From Clostridium homopropionicum DSM 5847 (GTDB lineage Bacteria > Bacillota > Clostridia > Clostridiales > Clostridiaceae): a stretch of 64,000 nucleotides of DNA. Below are positions 60,076-64,000 of this stretch, in pieces. The position numbers and the translations under genes were made by a program. The stretch's first letter is position 1, and the number at the start of each line of letters is the position of its first letter. The notes beneath the pieces are model-generated. The model was not told the origin of the DNA. It saw only the letters and a program-made list of their open reading frames with translations, and made no database searches. The stretch is from assembly GCF_001263795.1 (NCBI RefSeq), contig NZ_LHUR01000042.1:324639-388638 (forward strand). The letters run 5' to 3'.

Positions 60076-61509
60076 CTAAATCTCCTTATTTTTTCCTATT
60101 AGTAAGTTAGATTCTCCTCCAAACTTTGTTACCTCTGTTACTGGAATATTCAGCTCTTTAGCTAAAATATTTACTAGCTTTGTTGAGCAAAAGCCTGATT
60201 GACATCTTCCCATTCCAGCTCTTGTTCTTCTTTTCAGTCCATCTAAATCTTTAGCTCCAAGAGGTTTTCTTATAGCATCAATTATTTCTCCCTCTGTTAC
60301 AGTTTCACATCTGCATACTATCTTTCCGTAGGATGGATTTGACTTAATAATATTCTTTCTTTCTTCATTATCCATTTCTCTAAATTTAGGAATTCCATGT
60401 CTTATAGGATTGAATTTATCATTTTTAGCTGGATTAAGCTTTTCTATGACTATATTCTCCACCATTTCAGCAATAGCTGGAGCACTTGATAAACCCGGCG
60501 ATTCGATTCCAGCTGCATTTATAAAGCCTTCTGCATCTTCAGCCTCTCCAATAATAAAATCGTCCTCAGAGCTGTGAGCTCTTATTCCAGAAAAAGAAGT
60601 TATGATTTGTCTCATAGGTACTTCCTTTAATGTTTTCTTTGCCTTACTTAATATTTCATCTAGTCCTTCTTGTGTAGTGCTTAAATTTGACTTATCTTCT
60701 ATGTCAACAGCATTTGGTCCTATAAGAAGATTCCCATCTACTGTAGGAGTAACAAGAACTCCTTTTCCAAGGTCAGTTGGAAGCTGAAATATAGTTCTTG
60801 TAGTAGCTTCCCCCGCAAGCTTGTCAAATAAACAGTACTCCCCTTTTCTTGCAACTAAATCAATTTTATTTTTACTTACCATATTATTTAAATCATCTGC
60901 AAAAAGTCCTGCAGCGTTAATTACTATTTTGCTCTCATAAATACCTTTACTTGTTTCGATAGTAAATCCATTTTCAGATTTAATTATATTTTTAACTTCA
61001 CAGTTAAATACAAATTCTACTCCATTAGCATTTGCATTTTCTGCATAAGCAATAGTCATTTCGTAAGGACATACAATTCCTCCAGTTGGTGCAAATAATG
61101 CTGCAACTGCGTTTTCATTAATGTTTGGCTCTAGCTCTCTCAATTTCTCTTTTGTCAGTATTTCAAGTCTAGGTACTCCGTTATTGTCACCTTTTTCTTT
61201 TAGTGCTTCTAGCTTTTCAATATCGCTTTCGTCAAAGCATATTACTAGTGAACCATTTCTTTTAAAAGGAAAATCCAATTCCTTTGATAGTCTATCAAAC
61301 ATAGCATTTCCTTTAACGTTCAATATGCTTTTTAAAGAATTAGTTTTTGTATCGTGTCCTGCATGAACTATTCCGCTATTAGCCTTTGAAGTTCCAACTG
61401 CCACATCTGTTCCTCTTTCTAGTACACAGGTTTTTAAATCATATTTAGATAACTCTCTAGCTATTCCTGATCCTACAACTCCAGAACCAACAATTACTAC
61501 ATCAAACAT
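60076..61509 (-). CDS. glpA: FAD-dependent glycerol-3-phosphate dehydrogenase/oxidase (GlpA-type) with C-terminal BFD-like [2Fe-2S] domain
   Basis: N-terminal FDVVIVGSGVVGSGIAREL (DAO family). C-terminal CRCETVTEGEI...GRCQSGFC Cys cluster. Confidence 0.8.
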   Translation of the reverse strand: MFDVVIVGSGVVGSGIARELSKYDLKTCVLERGTDVAVGTSKANSGIVHAGHDTKTNSLKSILNVKGNAMFDRLSKELDFPFKRNGSLVICFDESDIEKLEALKEKGDNNGVPRLEILTKEKLRELEPNINENAVAALFAPTGGIVCPYEMTIAYAENANANGVEFVFNCEVKNIIKSENGFTIETSKGIYESKIVINAAGLFADDLNNMVSKNKIDLVARKGEYCLFDKLAGEATTRTIFQLPTDLGKGVLVTPTVDGNLLIGPNAVDIEDKSNLSTTQEGLDEILSKAKKTLKEVPMRQIITSFSGIRAHSSEDDFIIGEAEDAEGFINAAGIESPGLSSAPAIAEMVENIVIEKLNPAKNDKFNPIRHGIPKFREMDNEERKNIIKSNPSYGKIVCRCETVTEGEIIDAIRKPLGAKDLDGLKRRTRAGMGRCQSGFCSTKLVNILAKELNIPVTEVTKFGGESNLLIGKNKEI

Positions 61510-61529
61510 TTTGTACCTCCTATTCTAAA

Positions 61530-61596
61530 ATAAAAAAAGCCATAATCTTAAAGGGGTTTACCCCTTTAAAACCATGGCTCTCTATACTCCGCCTTT
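61530..61596 (-). promoter_or_regulatory. glpA leader: conserved box plus intrinsic terminator (second putative GlpP target)
   Basis: Minus-strand RNA: GGCGGAGUAUAGAGAGCCAU, then hairpin agccatggttttaaagggg-taaa-cccctttaagattatggct, then UUUUUUUAUUUU. Confidence 0.55.
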
Positions 61597-61669
61597 TTTA
61601 TTCACTTATATGCTCATTATAGCACTTTAAGTTCTTTTGTCAATATTCAATAAAAGTAAATTTATATTT

Positions 61670-62236
61670 TTACATCTCCCATATTTCCTCTTTACTAGTA
61701 GATATGCCCATGGCTCCAGCTTTAATACTATCTATTACATCTTCTTTATCACTAATCAGCCCGCCTGCGATTACAGGAACCTTTACTTCGCTGCTTATTT
61801 TTTTCGTTATTTTTGGCATAACTCCAGGCATTATTTCTACTGCATTAGGTCTCACAGTATTTATAGAGTTTATTCCACTAGTTAAAGATAGATTGTCTAT
61901 TATAAATAATCTTTGTATTGCAAATACCCCTAATTCTTTTGCTATTTTTATTATGCTAGACTTTGTGGTTATTATACCATCTGGTTTTGCTTTTTCGCTA
62001 ATGTGTTTTATTGCATAGGCATCTCTTGCAAACCCATCCATAAGATCCATGTGAATATATATACTTTTATCTGCATCCTTTACTTTTCTTACTATCTCTT
62101 CTATATTGCATATATTACCTTTTAATAAGAAAATTATTTCACAGGGAGATTCAATGGCCTTTTCCAGCTTTTCAGTATCCTTAACAGCTGCTATTATAGG
62201 GTTAATACTCAATTTAGAATAAAAATCATTATTCAT
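61670..62236 (-). CDS. glpP: Glycerol uptake operon antiterminator GlpP
   Basis: 188 aa matching GlpP-family length and pattern (..IIAAVKD..., ..VIAGGLI..). It sits at the head of the glp cluster. Confidence 0.8.
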   Translation of the reverse strand: MNNDFYSKLSINPIIAAVKDTEKLEKAIESPCEIIFLLKGNICNIEEIVRKVKDADKSIYIHMDLMDGFARDAYAIKHISEKAKPDGIITTKSSIIKIAKELGVFAIQRLFIIDNLSLTSGINSINTVRPNAVEIMPGVMPKITKKISSEVKVPVIAGGLISDKEDVIDSIKAGAMGISTSKEEIWEM

Positions 62237-62472
62237 CTTTCAACACTCCTAATTTGGGAAAATCCTATTTCTTTTTACTACTGTATTTTCTAAAATACAT
62301 ACATTATAACAGATAATTTGCCGTTATAATATAAATAAAGGAACTATTTCACTAATTCTTGAATAAACTAATAGCCCAATGGATAATACTCAAATATATA
62401 CCACTTTACTCCAAATTGAATATTGTTCATCCTGCATAAGATAATTCCACTACGTGAAAGGAGTGTTTATGA

Positions 62473-63363
62473 ATGACAAGCGATATTTTGCTTAAATCAA
62501 TAGACCTTCCAAATAATGAAACCTTAGGTTATAGGGAATGTGGTAGTGGAGACAACATCCTTTTACTAATCCATGGTAATATGACTTCTTCAAAACATTG
62601 GGATTTACTACTTGAAAAAATCCCAAGAAAATATAAAATATATGCCATAGATTTGCGTGGTTTTGGTACTTCAAGCTACAACACCCCTATACGCTCAATA
62701 AAAGATCTATCAGAGGATATATATTTATTTGTAACTTCTCTAAAGCTTAAAAGCTTTACTATAATGGGTTGGTCAATGGGTTCAGCTGTGGCAATGCAAT
62801 ATACAATAGATCACAAGGATACCGTAAAAAAACTAGTACTAATGTCTGGAGCAAGTATTAAAGGTTTTCCTATATGCAAAACGAATTTTTTAAATCTTCC
62901 TTTTTCCAATATGATAGTTAATTCACATCACGAAATGGAAAGATTTCTAATTCATATTTTAAGCAACTTCAAAAATACAAATAAATTTTACCTTAAGGCT
63001 CTCTGGGACATGATTATATACACTGAAAATAAACCATCAAACTCAAGATACGAAGAATACCTTAATGATATGTTAACCCAAAGAAACATTATTGATGTAA
63101 ATTACGCGCTATCTATATTTAATATTTCTCATGAGTTTAACGGCATTACAAGCGGTACTGGAAATGTAGATAGAATAACTGTTCCTACGCTTATTATTCA
63201 TGGAGATAAAGATAAAATGATTCCTGTAAGTGCTGCCATAGAAAATAAAGAAGCTATAGGGGATAATGCAAGAATAAAAGTTCTTAAAAATTGTGCCCAT
63301 TCTCCTCTTGTAGATAAGCTAGATGAACTTATAGAATTATTGACACTTTTTTTAGATGAATAA
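62473..63363 (+). CDS. Alpha/beta hydrolase (paralog 1 of a tandem pair)
   Basis: 296 aa. HGNMTSSKHW and the nucleophile elbow GWSMGS are present. RBS AAAGGAG. Confidence 0.75.
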   Translation: MTSDILLKSIDLPNNETLGYRECGSGDNILLLIHGNMTSSKHWDLLLEKIPRKYKIYAIDLRGFGTSSYNTPIRSIKDLSEDIYLFVTSLKLKSFTIMGWSMGSAVAMQYTIDHKDTVKKLVLMSGASIKGFPICKTNFLNLPFSNMIVNSHHEMERFLIHILSNFKNTNKFYLKALWDMIIYTENKPSNSRYEEYLNDMLTQRNIIDVNYALSIFNISHEFNGITSGTGNVDRITVPTLIIHGDKDKMIPVSAAIENKEAIGDNARIKVLKNCAHSPLVDKLDELIELLTLFLDE

Positions 63364-63390
63364 TAACCAATTATCTAGGAGGAAACTAAA

Positions 63391-64000
63391 TTGCCAAAGG
63401 ACATTTTTATAAAATCAGTAGCATTAAAAAATAAAGAAATAATGGGCTATAGAGAATGTGGAAATGGAAATAGAACCATTCTCTTAGTCCATGGGAATAT
63501 GACTTCCTCTAAGCATTGGGATTTAGTTCTTGAAAATATGCCTGATGACTACAAGATTTATGCTATAGACCTAAGAGGTTTTGGAATGTCTAGCTATAAT
63601 ACTCCGATTGATTCTATTAAGGATTTTTCCGATGATATTAAACTTTTTGTAGAAGCCTTAAATATAAAGAACTTTACTTTAGTTGGATGGTCTTTAGGTG
63701 GCTGCGTTGCAATGCAATTTGTAGTAGATAATCCTGGCTATGCATCAAAGCTAATATTAATGGATTCTGGCAGCCCTAAAGGCTTTCCAATGAAAAAAAG
63801 AGACATTTTCAGAAGACCTACTGGAAAAATGTTAACAACAAAAAGTGAAATATCCTATGCTATTAGATATATATTATCTGCTTATAGATTTAATAATAGA
63901 TTTTTATTAAAATCAATGTTTACAACTGGAATATACAATGTTAATAAGCCTAGTATAAGTAAGTTTAATGAATATATTGATGATACATTAACTCAAAGGA
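63391..64000 (+). CDS. Alpha/beta hydrolase (paralog 2, TTG start; 3' end beyond window)
   Basis: About 60% identical to the preceding gene (LVHGNMTSSKHWDLVLENMPDDYKIYAIDLRGFGMSSYNTPI..GWSLGG). RBS GGAGG 9 nt upstream of the TTG at 63391. Confidence 0.7.
   Translation, partial: MPKDIFIKSVALKNKEIMGYRECGNGNRTILLVHGNMTSSKHWDLVLENMPDDYKIYAIDLRGFGMSSYNTPIDSIKDFSDDIKLFVEALNIKNFTLVGWSLGGCVAMQFVVDNPGYASKLILMDSGSPKGFPMKKRDIFRRPTGKMLTTKSEISYAIRYILSAYRFNNRFLLKSMFTTGIYNVNKPSISKFNEYIDDTLTQR

Overview
This is a low-GC (~28-30%) Firmicutes window and looks like a spore-forming Clostridium chromosome: SASP alpha/beta and SspH genes are present and the sequence is strongly AT-rich. The content is mostly housekeeping or accessory metabolism.

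Main blocks, in order:
- A GT4 glycosyltransferase and an EamA transporter.
- A FlxA-like Q-rich protein and an acidic tandem-repeat protein, divergent from an OmpR-type two-component system.
- SASP genes, a dienelactone hydrolase, an aminotransferase and a DUF421 protein.
- A minus-strand operon of L-cysteine-desulfidase-like, crotonase and CoA-transferase genes.
- A complete thiS-thiF-thiG-thiH-thiE thiamine operon, whose leader lacks a canonical TPP riboswitch and instead carries a short nested terminator hairpin.
- pabA-pabB-pabC, an L,D-transpeptidase, dapF, a GNAT, mannose-1-P guanylyltransferase, a NUDIX hydrolase and a CDF transporter.
- A flotillin cluster, followed by DUF1232, LysE, LysR and an MFS transporter.
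- DUF3189, a YvlD-like 4TM protein, an MBL hydrolase and a MutS2 paralog.
- Several hydrolases, then a decayed stretch with truncated or frameshifted remnants.
- def plus an XRE regulator, and an Fe3+-type ABC importer.
- A CheY-like receiver paired with an unusual MshEN-like/CheX-like protein.
- A permease and a lysophospholipase-like hydrolase.
- A glycerol locus (glpP, glpA, oxidoreductase, DUF1667, glpF, glpK) with two matching antiterminator/terminator leader elements.
- Tandem alpha/beta-hydrolase paralogs at the window end.

No CRISPR array, IS element, prophage or classical defence system is recognisable. The most interesting items are small RNA/regulatory elements, gene remnants and atypical domain combinations.
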